From: Candidatus Dadabacteria bacterium
GTDB taxonomy: Bacteria; Desulfobacterota_D; UBA1144; Nemesobacterales; CSP1-2
Assembly: GCA_963805855.1 (NCBI GenBank)
Contig: CAWDVW010000002.1
Coordinates: forward strand, 384,001-448,000
Direction: 5' to 3'
DNA length: 64,000 bases
The position numbers and the translations under genes are program-made. A model generated the notes under the pieces. That model did not search any database, had not been told where the DNA came from, and saw only the letters and a program-made list of their open reading frames with translations. Below, piece after piece: positions 40,889 through 50,740 of this stretch; within the stretch, counting starts at the first letter, position 1, and every line of letters begins with the position of its first letter.

Positions 40889-42292
40889 GTGGGCAAAGAG
40901 AGATTCGTACTAGGATGGGAAGGTGGAAGCGAAGATTCATTTGATATCAAAGATATTGTATCTGATAGGGTAAGATCTGTTATAGAAAGTCCGCATGGAA
41001 TGTGGAACTACATGACATACAGGGATGCAATAGGGATATTGGGCTTAGATGCCGGGGAGATATACAGAGAAGGAAGGATTGATTTAGATCCCAAAGAATG
41101 GGCTGATTTTGGCTGGATGTCTTGCTACGCTGGACCTCCCAAGAGCGCCATCAAAGAAATGAAATCCAGAACAAAGGCATCAAACATTAATCCCTATTCA
41201 CCTGATCTTATTAATCCGCTCAGGGATGCGTGTGCTTTATTGAAATTCAAACGACCTAGAGGAGAAGAATTTGAAGTCATAGGAACGGAGGGAGGACAGG
41301 CAGGAATTTCTTACTTTCTCCAATCTACTCTAAATCCCGGAGATGAAGTCATTATCACCGATCCGGGATATTTCCATTTTGAATCTGCAATTCTTATGGC
41401 CAGGGGCGTGCCGGTGAGGATTCCTCTTGATTCTAAAAATGGGTTCTGTTTAGACCCCGACGAGGTCAAAGATTGTATCACTCCCAGGACAAAAGTTTTG
41501 ATTATCTGTGACCCGATTAATCCTTTCGGAACCATTCAGTCCAGAGAGAGTCTATTAGATCTAATCGAGCTTGCGAATAAATCCAATATTTTGATCCTTA
41601 ATGATATTACCCATAACACGCATCAAATCGACCCGACTGCACAACATTACGCGATGAGTTCACTGTGGAGGGAAATTAATGTTGACAGGGTGGTTTCGGT
41701 CTTCAGCGTGTCGCATGGGTATGGAATGGCGGGTGTCCGCATCGGATTCCTGGCCGGCCATCCCAAGCTTATGAGAACATGTTTGTTGACTAAAATTTCT
41801 TTAACCAGGCTTAATACCAATTTAATTGCTCAGTACGGCGCCATTGCAGCATTAAATGATCATGCATACATTCAGAAATCAGAAAAGATTATAAGACGCA
41901 ACTACCGGGTCATAAAGGGCATAATCGATAATACCGAAGGGTTATCGATTCCGGTAGAACCCAAGTACGGATTTTCAATGGTCTTGGATGTTTCTGGAAC
42001 CGGGGTAACTGCCCAGGAATTGACCGTGGCTTTATTTAAACACCGAGTAGCTGTATATCCCGGAGACGGGCTGGGAGATATTGGTGCAACTGACTACATA
42101 AGGCTTAATATTTCCCGTCCGGACATTTGGGCATTTAGGCATTTTCGCAATGTTCTGCCGATGGCTGTCGAGGAAGCGAAATCGGGTATTTATCGCAACA
42201 GCGTCGCCCAATTTTTTAAGGGTAAGAAAACAAAGCGTGCTCGCAATATCTTACAGAAAATGAATGATTTGCATCTGGCTCGAGAACCTTAG
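40889..42292 (+). CDS. Class I/II aminotransferase-fold PLP enzyme with His in place of the catalytic Lys
   Basis: NPGDEVI..DPGY, P.NP.G, ILND, SVSHGYGMAGVRIG, YIRL motifs. Confidence 0.85.
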   Translation: MGKERFVLGWEGGSEDSFDIKDIVSDRVRSVIESPHGMWNYMTYRDAIGILGLDAGEIYREGRIDLDPKEWADFGWMSCYAGPPKSAIKEMKSRTKASNINPYSPDLINPLRDACALLKFKRPRGEEFEVIGTEGGQAGISYFLQSTLNPGDEVIITDPGYFHFESAILMARGVPVRIPLDSKNGFCLDPDEVKDCITPRTKVLIICDPINPFGTIQSRESLLDLIELANKSNILILNDITHNTHQIDPTAQHYAMSSLWREINVDRVVSVFSVSHGYGMAGVRIGFLAGHPKLMRTCLLTKISLTRLNTNLIAQYGAIAALNDHAYIQKSEKIIRRNYRVIKGIIDNTEGLSIPVEPKYGFSMVLDVSGTGVTAQELTVALFKHRVAVYPGDGLGDIGATDYIRLNISRPDIWAFRHFRNVLPMAVEEAKSGIYRNSVAQFFKGKKTKRARNILQKMNDLHLAREP

Positions 42293-42365
42293 ATCGGTAG
42301 TCGGCTATCAGAAAGGATTAACAAGTTATAGAATAATTGATAGATATAACTTACGACGACGTTCT

Positions 42366-42417
42366 GTAGGTAACGCATGCCTGCCCTGAGCGCGGTCGAA
42401 GGGGATGCGTTCCCTAC
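42366..42417. repeat. GTAG palindrome with a second element nested in its loop
   Basis: GTAGGTAACGCAT + GCCTGCCCTGAGCGCGGTCGAAGGGG + ATGCGTTCCCTAC. Confidence 0.8.
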
Positions 42418-42475
42418 GCAATAATTACCCGATTAGGTTCTTAAAAATCATTCGAGACGATCAATCTCATCACAA

Positions 42476-43729
42476 ATGGAAAAGATAGAAGGAGTTTCAG
42501 TAGAAAAGCTTGTCAATGATTTCGGTTCCCCCCTTTTCATTGTTTCTGCTAAGACTATCAGAGAGAATCTAAAGAGGTTTCGTAGCGAATTTTCAACTAG
42601 GTATCCAAAAGTTGAAGTAGCCTATTCCTATAAAGTTAACTGTCTGAGTGGGGTGCTGGAGATAATACACAATGAAGGGGCATGGGCCGAAGTAGCCTCT
42701 GGCTTTGAATATGAATTAGCAAGAAAGATCGGAGTTCCTGGTAAATCCATTGTTTTTAACGGTCCCTACAAGAAAAAAGAGGAAATTAACAAGGCAATTG
42801 AAGAAGGCGCCTTAATTAATGTTGACAACGAAATTGAATTAAAGCTGTTGGAGGAAATTGCATCCGAATTTCAAAAGCCAATTGAGGTGGGTATCAGACT
42901 AAATACCGATGTTGGGATAAAGCAGTTGCCTGATAGATTTGGATTTAACATTGAATCAGGCAGAGCCTTGGAGATCGTAAGCTACTGTACAACGAAAACG
43001 CCAATCAGGATAGTAGGGGTCCACATCCATCTGACAAGCTACATCATTTCCCCTGAAGTCTTCAATAGTCAGACCCCTGCAAAGAGTATAGAACTTATCT
43101 GGCCGAAAGACTCAAATTTGTACAGGCTAGCGGCGGATAAAATAACTGATTTTGCCGACGAAATAAGAAAGAGATTTGGCATAAGCTTAAAGTACATTGA
43201 CATGGGAGGCGGGTACCCGACACTTGATTCTATCACAGCCTATGCAGACGCGATAGCTGAGCCGATTCTGGAGGCTTTCAATCACATCCACCCCCTATTG
43301 ATACTGGAACCTGGAAGAGCAATTGTAAAGGATGCTGTACAGATGATAACAACAGTAGTAGGCGCTAAAGAACTCATGAACGGAATTAGGTCAATCGTGG
43401 TTGATGCGGGAATTAACATGATTCCGACATCTTCTTGGAAGTTTCAGGAGATCGAACCCGTGGCTAAAGGTCGCGGCAACCTACGAGAAACGATTGTCTA
43501 TGGGCCACTTTGCCTTCAGACAGACATTTTGGGTATAACAAAACTCCCACATCTGAACGTGGGAGACAGGCTTGTTATAAAAAACGTCGGCGCATATAAC
43601 ATTTCTCAATCTAGTTCGTTTATATTCCCGCGCCCTATTATAATTCTTATTGATAAAAACAAGGTAACAGTTCTAAGACGTTCAGAAACAATAAAGGAGA
43701 TTTTATCTTACGAAGACCGCATATCGTAA
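42476..43729 (+). CDS. Fold-type III PLP decarboxylase (LysA/ornithine decarboxylase family)
   Basis: YSYKVN (PLP Lys), VASGFE, FNGP.K, HIH, MGGG, EPGR, GPLC, GAY motifs. Confidence 0.9.
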   Translation: MEKIEGVSVEKLVNDFGSPLFIVSAKTIRENLKRFRSEFSTRYPKVEVAYSYKVNCLSGVLEIIHNEGAWAEVASGFEYELARKIGVPGKSIVFNGPYKKKEEINKAIEEGALINVDNEIELKLLEEIASEFQKPIEVGIRLNTDVGIKQLPDRFGFNIESGRALEIVSYCTTKTPIRIVGVHIHLTSYIISPEVFNSQTPAKSIELIWPKDSNLYRLAADKITDFADEIRKRFGISLKYIDMGGGYPTLDSITAYADAIAEPILEAFNHIHPLLILEPGRAIVKDAVQMITTVVGAKELMNGIRSIVVDAGINMIPTSSWKFQEIEPVAKGRGNLRETIVYGPLCLQTDILGITKLPHLNVGDRLVIKNVGAYNISQSSSFIFPRPIIILIDKNKVTVLRRSETIKEILSYEDRIS

Positions 43730-44014
43730 ACTTTTATGAGGGATCACCAATCAAGTACATTTCACCTGTAAGTTGTGGTGCGCCGCTGGCATGGTCAAGG
43801 GTAAACGCGAATTCTTTTATCTGACCGGCGGCAGGAAGTGTTCCCAAATTCATAACGTTGTCTTCCATTATATTCCACAGTAAGAAGACCAATTCTCTCT
43901 TTGTCCCGGACCAATCTATTCAGCATCCCAGGATCAATTAAGTTATAATAAATTTTGCTAACTCCAAAATATTATCTACTCGAGGGTTATTAATTTATCC
44001 AGAAGTTAGCAAGG

Positions 44015-44806
44015 ATGAAAAAAATCAGACTGAGAACTTTCGTAATATTATCTTTGGTCTTGCATATTATCCTTATAACTGCTTTAGTGGCAATTTTTCT
44101 ACCAGAGCGAGGAATATTGAGAAATGCGCAAACTCCGATTTCGGTCGGTATTCTGACTCAAAGCAATGGAATTGATAACGCAAAGGATAACTCTTTAGAT
44201 TCTATTGCACGCAATGTTTCAAAACGAAAAGAAACCCAGAAAACAAACGAGCCTAGAGAAAAGGGGAGCTTCCAAAGAGATGATAATGAAAAAACAATCA
44301 AAAAGATTGATCAGGAAAAAGAAAAAACAACCGCAAAAGAACACGTCAAAGAAAAAGCTAGCGTATCTTCTGGTTCAAGTGCAATAGACACTGAAACTGC
44401 CAGTAATGAAATTGCTTTTAGTGACACTGACAAGGAAACAAATAATCAAAGGACAGCTAGATTAAGCGGTAACGAGAATATGAATCTTGAAAGAGATTTT
44501 GGCACCGATTCTCTAAGTCGAAATATTGAGCGCGCTTTTCCCGATTATAAGGTAAATCCTAAACCCAGGTATCCAACGTTAGCCAGGAGGAAGGGATATG
44601 AAGGAACCATTCTCTTGAGAGTGTTCGTACTAGAGACCGGCGGGGTAGGAAAAGTAGAATTAGAGAAATCCTCTGGGTATGAGATTCTGGATGAGTCAGC
44701 GCTTAAAGCCGTAAAGAAGTGGGTTTTCATTCCGGGGAAAAACGACGGAAAACCAGTTCCAAGCTGGGTAACAGTTCCGATTAAGTTTCAACTAAATAGC
44801 GGTTAA
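44015..44806 (+). CDS. tonB: TonB family energy transducer
   Basis: N-terminal S...H anchor; P.YP..ARR.G.EG, SSG..ILD.SA..AV.KW.F.PG. Confidence 0.9.
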   Translation: MKKIRLRTFVILSLVLHIILITALVAIFLPERGILRNAQTPISVGILTQSNGIDNAKDNSLDSIARNVSKRKETQKTNEPREKGSFQRDDNEKTIKKIDQEKEKTTAKEHVKEKASVSSGSSAIDTETASNEIAFSDTDKETNNQRTARLSGNENMNLERDFGTDSLSRNIERAFPDYKVNPKPRYPTLARRKGYEGTILLRVFVLETGGVGKVELEKSSGYEILDESALKAVKKWVFIPGKNDGKPVPSWVTVPIKFQLNSG

Positions 44807-44821
44807 TCATCCAGCAACGTT

Positions 44822-45454
44822 CTAAATTTCTTGACAGACCCACCTGTAGCTATAGGAAATTTCATAATTATTGTCTTTTTTATCTCTAGCCTGTCCGCAA
44901 ACCACTTCTGCATTAAGAATTAACTTATTATCTTGGCTCGAGATGATATTTTTATACTGTGGGCTGCATTGGCCGCTGCACCTCTCGTACAGATTTTTAC
45001 CATCTTCTCCCTTACCCTGCGAAAATTTAGACAACCAATTCTCGAGAGCTTGCATCGTGTCAAATTCCTTTTCACTGTACGTAAACGGAGTTTTTTCAGT
45101 TTCACCCTGCAACGTTTGGCACTTTTCTTGTTGATCATAACCAGTTAAGAAATTATTCGGTATAGATTGGAAAACAATCAGAGGCTTATCGGGAAGTTGG
45201 CAATCAGATGGGCAAAGATCAGTCGGTTTTTCCGCATTCGCTAAATTGGTCTCGGCTTTGTTTAACATCTCTTTCGTTTCAAAGCGAATCGATCCTTTTT
45301 TATTTTGAGCGTTTGCCAACATGGAAGCTGAAGCGAGGCTTGACTCTATTTTAGCATCTCTGATATAAGACGAGCAATCTTTATCCGCTTCGGCTTTTAC
45401 GAGGATTGAAATAGACATTATAACCATTAGATAAAGTGATATTTTGAATCTCAT
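44822..45454 (-). CDS. Exported Cys-rich hypothetical protein
   Basis: Signal peptide; eight Cys including CPSDC and C.G.CSPQY. Confidence 0.7.
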   Translation of the reverse strand: MRFKISLYLMVIMSISILVKAEADKDCSSYIRDAKIESSLASASMLANAQNKKGSIRFETKEMLNKAETNLANAEKPTDLCPSDCQLPDKPLIVFQSIPNNFLTGYDQQEKCQTLQGETEKTPFTYSEKEFDTMQALENWLSKFSQGKGEDGKNLYERCSGQCSPQYKNIISSQDNKLILNAEVVCGQARDKKDNNYEISYSYRWVCQEI

Positions 45455-45614
45455 ATCATCCTCCTGAATGTTTTTACAATTACTTATGCCTTTATTTACA
45501 GAACTGACGATCTCTTAAATTGTAAGATACTTTCCTTTTTGGCGAAACGGAACTTTAAGAAAATTTTAACAAAGATAATATTCACTCTAAAGGATCAATT
45601 AGCACACAATTTCT

Positions 45615-45836
45615 TTAATAAATTCGTTTAACTTCTACCATATCACCAACCCCCTCTACCTCAATAAGAAACTTATCACCTTCCTGCCATATTGTCACCT
45701 TAGGACGATAATCATATACATACTTGTATTTGTCTTTGATCTGTTGCCACTTCTCTCCGTTTTCCAGCGAAAATATTTTTTTAATCTCAAACCCTTCAAA
45801 AACGTCTTCCATACGACTTTCAGTTACTTTCTTCAT
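45615..45836 (-). CDS. Small hypothetical protein
   Basis: 73 aa; IF.L.NG.KWQQ...Y.Y.PKV pattern; AAAGGT RBS-like element. Confidence 0.65.
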   Translation of the reverse strand: MKKVTESRMEDVFEGFEIKKIFSLENGEKWQQIKDKYKYVYDYRPKVTIWQEGDKFLIEVEGVGDMVEVKRIY

Positions 45837-46130
45837 AAGATTTGTGCTACCTTTACCGAAAGGCTCTTCCTATATTCAGTGAATTAAATTAATTAAAGAG
45901 TACAAAGATTTTAGCATAAAAAAAAGGTAATTAAAGAACGGATATCAAATTAAAATCTAAGCGGGTCGTAAGATTATGAGCAGGCTCGACTCTCGGGCAC
46001 TTGCGTTTATTTCTGAGAATCGTTTTATCAGATAAAAGGTGCCCGGTATCAGAAAACCAAAATTCCCGAAGATTTATTACCTATCGAGGCGGCCCGACTG
46101 CACTATCGATATATAGGTAGACGCGCAATA

Positions 46131-46547
46131 TTACTTTAAAACCGGAACGGCGCCCAGCACCTCTATTTCCTTCGGATACATGAACATCGAGGCCGCACCC
46201 AAAGTGCTTCCATTTCTCAAGTACGTGTCATTGCTATGGGGAGGCAACGTTACGGGTAAAACACCGGTCTCCTGAGCGATTTGAGTTCCAGCCCGTGGGG
46301 CAGAAGTCTGGTAGTAACGCACCCTTACCATGACATCCTTATAGGGTATATCGCTGGTGTTTTCAATTGTAACGTGATGTATGATTGCCACAGCACTCCA
46401 GGTTGAGTAAATCGCCCAGTCAGTGATCTTAATGTACCACTCCGGATGATCAAGCATCTGTCTATTGTAGCTAAATGAGTTAGCGCTCGGACTGAGAAGC
46501 ATAATGGCAATCAAAGTAATAGTAGTTGCTATCTTGGAAATTCGCAT
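46131..46547 (-). CDS. Exported hypothetical beta-rich protein
   Basis: Signal peptide; VTIENTSD..YKD..VRV.Y pattern. Confidence 0.7.
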   Translation of the reverse strand: MRISKIATTITLIAIMLLSPSANSFSYNRQMLDHPEWYIKITDWAIYSTWSAVAIIHHVTIENTSDIPYKDVMVRVRYYQTSAPRAGTQIAQETGVLPVTLPPHSNDTYLRNGSTLGAASMFMYPKEIEVLGAVPVLK

Positions 46548-46729
46548 TATGACTCTCGGCCTTATCCGCGTGGGGTTGGACTTACAAGCAAAAGTACAGT
46601 CACATTATAGACCATTTAATCATCAATCTCCAATACTTTTGGTTTGTTCGGGTCAAATTTGAACTCAGATTTCATTGCGTTGCTAAAGAGCTCTCGGATT
46701 CACACTCCTCGAAAAAGACATCTCAGGTC

Positions 46730-47137
46730 TTACCACCAGCCCCACGGTCCACCCAACCAATCCCAGGAGTTCATTTCCATTGCTGCTTCTTCGTTCATCA
46801 ATGCAGCCTGCTGCTCCTCTTCTGCAATTGCAGCCTCCTGGGCTAACTTTGCGTAACGGTCGTAGGCAGTCTGATCGCCAGTATAAACACACTTACAGTT
46901 ATAAGGATCCGCATAGAAGTATAGTGGATTACCATCCTTCACACGGTAGTGAAGCTTAAGGGGCGGCAGTGAATTCAGCATCTCCTCCTTTTCAGGGGTG
47001 TCCGCTGGAAGTATCTTGAAGCCGGCCGCAGCTAACAGGCTATCAACTTGTTGCGCCTCGCTCGTTCGTATTGCGGCACAGCTCAAATGCATTAATATCA
47101 TCGTGCCAATTGTTATAAGAACTGTAATTCTCATCAT
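46730..47137 (-). CDS. Hypothetical lipoprotein
   Basis: LSCA lipobox; LAAAGF, YADP..C.C.Y.G, Trp-rich C-terminus; GGAGG RBS. Confidence 0.75.
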   Translation of the reverse strand: MMRITVLITIGTMILMHLSCAAIRTSEAQQVDSLLAAAGFKILPADTPEKEEMLNSLPPLKLHYRVKDGNPLYFYADPYNCKCVYTGDQTAYDRYAKLAQEAAIAEEEQQAALMNEEAAMEMNSWDWLGGPWGWW

Positions 47138-47430
47138 TAGCTGCCTCCTATTTCTATTAACTCAACCTCAATTCGATTTTAATTAACTATATAGAGAAAA
47201 TTATCAATTATCCAGAAATAAATGATTAGCAATTTACATATTCAATTGAACACTAGACGCCAAAGTAATCATAACAAAAAACTTTAACGTTCGTCCTCTG
47301 CACATTTTTCTATTGGTAAATTTATTCCGAGGTCTTGGGTCTGGGAAAGAAGTTAAGCGTAATCCAATTAGAATGATAACGCCAATTGAATAATGAACGA
47401 ACATGTAAGGAAGGTAAGGAAATTATGAAG

Positions 47431-48429
47431 TTAAGACTTGAATTGAGAAGATACTTCATCAAGATATTCCAGATCTTGCTTATTTAGAGCAAATCTCATA
47501 GAATCTGCGTTAGTTATTGCCTGTTCATCACTTGTTGCACCAGGTATAGCGACCACTCGATCTCCATTGAAATTTATCAACCAGTTGAGCGAGATTTGAG
47601 ACATCGATACCCGATACTTCCCGGCCAAACCTCTGATCACACTAATTACAGGATAGCTTTTTTCAAGCCCCTTGCGCTTGAAGGCACTTTGGTATTTTCT
47701 AAAGCCTTGCCGCGTGTTGATTAGATCAGGATCATCATGAAACTTGCCAGTTAACAATCCCCTGGCTAAAGGTGTATGAGCTATAATAGTAATGTTAAGA
47801 TCTCTAGCCGCATCTAAAATGCCATTGGTCTCAATCTTCCTATTCAATAGGCTGTAGTTTACTTGATTCGAGACAAGGCCCAGTCCATGTTTTAAAAGTT
47901 CCCGATGAGCTCTTTTCATTTGATTTGCCGAAAAATTGCTTACCCCTATGTAACGGATCTTCCCGTCTTGTACAAGTCCTGCCATAGCATTAACTTCGGA
48001 CTCAATCGAAGAAAATGAAAAGGGGTTATGTATTTGATATAGATCGATACAATTGGTCTTCAGTGCATCTAATCTTTTTCCAATCGTCCTGGTGATTGAT
48101 CGAGCTGTCCTAAGCACAGGCCACCACTTAGTGGCAACAATTACATCATCACATGATTTACCGCAATTCTTTAGAGCGTCAGAAAGCGCTTTCTCGGATT
48201 CCCCCCATCCATATACCTCGGCGGTATCAAACCAATTTATACCACGATTCAAGCTTTCTTCCACAATTCTTGATATTTCATCATCATCTAACGTCCCCCA
48301 ATACTTGCCCGATAGGCCCTTCCTCTTACTAAATTGCCAACTACCGAGCCCAATCGGTGAAACCATCAATTCCGAATATCCAACTCTTCTGAAAGCGAAT
48401 TCAGTTTCCAAGTTATTATCAACCCACAA
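47431..48429 (-). CDS. Aldo/keto reductase
   Basis: IGLGSW, DTAEVYG, ATK, IDLYQIH, IGVSNF, NQV.YSLL, IPGA. Confidence 0.95.
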   Translation of the reverse strand: MWVDNNLETEFAFRRVGYSELMVSPIGLGSWQFSKRKGLSGKYWGTLDDDEISRIVEESLNRGINWFDTAEVYGWGESEKALSDALKNCGKSCDDVIVATKWWPVLRTARSITRTIGKRLDALKTNCIDLYQIHNPFSFSSIESEVNAMAGLVQDGKIRYIGVSNFSANQMKRAHRELLKHGLGLVSNQVNYSLLNRKIETNGILDAARDLNITIIAHTPLARGLLTGKFHDDPDLINTRQGFRKYQSAFKRKGLEKSYPVISVIRGLAGKYRVSMSQISLNWLINFNGDRVVAIPGATSDEQAITNADSMRFALNKQDLEYLDEVSSQFKS

Positions 48430-48498
48430 TTGTAAAAAGAATCAACGGATAATTAATTGCTATTTTATACAATCTCCACAGGGCAGTGTGACTTTTGA

Positions 48499-49185
48499 TC
48501 AACTTTCACCAGCCCAACTCCCCTTTTTCGTCTTCCTTTTCAATGTAAGTTTTAGCATAGCTAAGAATGATTCACGGTCGACCTCTCGTGCTCCAAGACT
48601 CTTCATGTGATTTGTCGGAATTTGAGAATCAATGAAATCGAATCCCCATGATTTTAATTTCTCCACCAAGCAATATAAGGAAACTTTCGAAGCGTTGCTC
48701 ATCGAGTAAAACATAGATTCTCCAAAAAAAGCGCCGCCTAAAGAAATTCCGTATAATCCTCCAACTAGCTCGTCTTGGTAGAACGTCTCAACTGAATGAG
48801 CAAAACCCTCATTGTATAATTGTACAAATGCATCAGTCATATCATCTGTAATCCATGTCGCATCCTGATTTTTCCGTTTAACCGTGGCGCATTTCATTAT
48901 CACCTCTTCAAAGCAGTTATCAAATCTTATTTCAAAATCTTCTGAATTTATAATCCTTCTTAAGCTTTTGGAAACTCTCATTTCATCGGGGAATAATAAT
49001 AATCGCGGATCAGGTGAAAACCACATAATCGGATTCCCCTCAGAATACCACGGGAAAATGCCATTTTGATAAGCTAATATCAACCGCTCCATTCTTAAGT
49101 CACCCCCAACTGCAACCAAACCATCGGGTTCAGCACATCTCGGATCCGGAAATACCAACGAGTTATTAAGTAGAAACACAGTCAT
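48499..49185 (-). CDS. aat: Leucyl/phenylalanyl-tRNA--protein transferase
   Basis: GGDL...RL..AY..GIFPW, SPDPR, AHSVE, GGLYG, FFGESMF, ASK. Confidence 0.97.
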   Translation of the reverse strand: MTVFLLNNSLVFPDPRCAEPDGLVAVGGDLRMERLILAYQNGIFPWYSEGNPIMWFSPDPRLLLFPDEMRVSKSLRRIINSEDFEIRFDNCFEEVIMKCATVKRKNQDATWITDDMTDAFVQLYNEGFAHSVETFYQDELVGGLYGISLGGAFFGESMFYSMSNASKVSLYCLVEKLKSWGFDFIDSQIPTNHMKSLGAREVDRESFLAMLKLTLKRKTKKGSWAGES

Positions 49186-49273
49186 TAATATACGAAAACA
49201 ATATAGGGGTCAACGAATATATTGACCTTACGATTAATCGTGGATTAAAATTACCATGGGCATTATCAAAGTT

Positions 49274-49552
49274 TTATCCATCCGTGTGGCCCAGGTCCTT
49301 TCCGGGAGCAACATGGTCCCTAATCAACTGTTTTAACTCCTTAATATCGGGAAATCGCCCTCGATCTTTACGAGACCAGATCGTTGTCTCGCTTACTCTA
49401 ACTTCGAATATGCCGCCCGTTCCCGGTATAAGAGAAACACCCCCTATCTCCATCTCGAAGGTTGACAGAAGCTCTTGTGCCATCCAAGCCGCTCTTAACA
49501 GCCATCGACACTGAGTACAATATTTAATCTCGACAATTTTCGGCTTTGTCAT
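49274..49552 (-). CDS. SelT/SelW/SelH (Rdx) family protein
   Basis: YCTQCRWLLRAAWMAQELL.TF, GGIFEV, GFP-like motif, DLGH. Confidence 0.93.
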   Translation of the reverse strand: MTKPKIVEIKYCTQCRWLLRAAWMAQELLSTFEMEIGGVSLIPGTGGIFEVRVSETTIWSRKDRGRFPDIKELKQLIRDHVAPGKDLGHTDG

Positions 49553-49849
49553 GACTAAGATACGCCGCAGTAATGAACCTGCGTAAAAAATTAAATATTA
49601 TTTTACATAATTAGAATATAATGTCTCTGAACTTAAATTATTTTGTCGTGCTCCAAACTTCAAAATTCTAACAGTTTCAATAATGATAAATAATGAATAA
49701 TAAGCGATTAATACGTCACGGAGAATAATTTATTGACAAAGGATGAAAGAGTATTAGTATATAGAAGGTAAGTTGCCACACTTCCTGCCAAGACCTATCA
49801 AAGGCTCAGAAATAAATATTAAAACAACCCATGCCATAGGAGGGGAAAA

Positions 49850-50653
49850 ATGAGATATGTAATTTTACTGTTAAGTGCAGTTATGATTTTTATAGCTAGA
49901 TTTCCTGCCATCGCGGAAATAAAAGGGGAAGAAGTTCAGTATAGTGATAATGGCACCACGCTCAAGGGATACCTCGCGTATGATGACAGCATCGAGGGTA
50001 AACGTCCGGGGGTTCTTGTGGTTCATGAGTGGTGGGGACACAACGATTATGCCAGGAAGAGAGCAAACATGCTTGCAGAATTAGGGTATACCGCGCTGGC
50101 TGTAGACATGTATGGTAATGGTCAGCAAGCAGATCATCCTGAGAAAGCGGGCGAGCTGTCGAGCAATGTAATGAAAAATCTTGATAATGCCCAGAAAAGG
50201 TTTGAAGCTGCTATGAATCTTTTAAAAAAACAAAATACAGTTAATCCAGAGCAAATTGCCGCCATAGGATATTGCTTCGGAGGCGCTGTGGTATTGAACA
50301 TGGCTCTCCGAGGTGTAGACCTTGACGGTGTCGCAAGCTTTCATGGTATTCTTCCCACAGCGGCGCCCGAAAATGCAGATATAAAATCCAAGGTCATAGT
50401 ATTCCAGGGAGCGAAAGACCCATTCGTCAAAGATGAGCAGGTAGAGGAGTTTAAAAAAGCGATGGACAGTACCAATGCTGATTATGAAATCATTATCTAT
50501 TCCAATGCAAAACACAGCTTTACAAATCCTAAGGCCGATGAGTATGGAAAAAAATTCGACCTTCCCTTGGAATATAACGCTGAGGCTGACCAAAAGTCAT
50601 GGGATAGGACACAGGAATTTTTGAAGACAGTATTTGCGGAAGAGAAAAAGTAA
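49850..50653 (+). CDS. Dienelactone hydrolase family protein (exported)
   Basis: HEWWG, GYCFGG nucleophile, FHG, HSF.NP. Confidence 0.93.
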   Translation: MRYVILLLSAVMIFIARFPAIAEIKGEEVQYSDNGTTLKGYLAYDDSIEGKRPGVLVVHEWWGHNDYARKRANMLAELGYTALAVDMYGNGQQADHPEKAGELSSNVMKNLDNAQKRFEAAMNLLKKQNTVNPEQIAAIGYCFGGAVVLNMALRGVDLDGVASFHGILPTAAPENADIKSKVIVFQGAKDPFVKDEQVEEFKKAMDSTNADYEIIIYSNAKHSFTNPKADEYGKKFDLPLEYNAEADQKSWDRTQEFLKTVFAEEKK

Positions 50654-50667
50654 CATTTACTGACGAC

Positions 50668-50695
50668 TCCTGGAGGTTATTACCTCCAGGGGTTT
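50668..50695. terminator. Hairpin between convergent genes, probable intrinsic terminator
   Basis: CCTGGAGGT-TATT-ACCTCCAGG followed by GGTTT. Confidence 0.6.
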
Positions 50696-50740
50696 ATGTC
50701 GGTAATTTTATAACGAACGGCCGTCTCGCTTAACCTGGCT

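Noticed and set aside
49274-49552. Possible selenoprotein (SelW-like)
   Set aside because: The motif is CTQC with ordinary Cys codons; no in-frame TGA.
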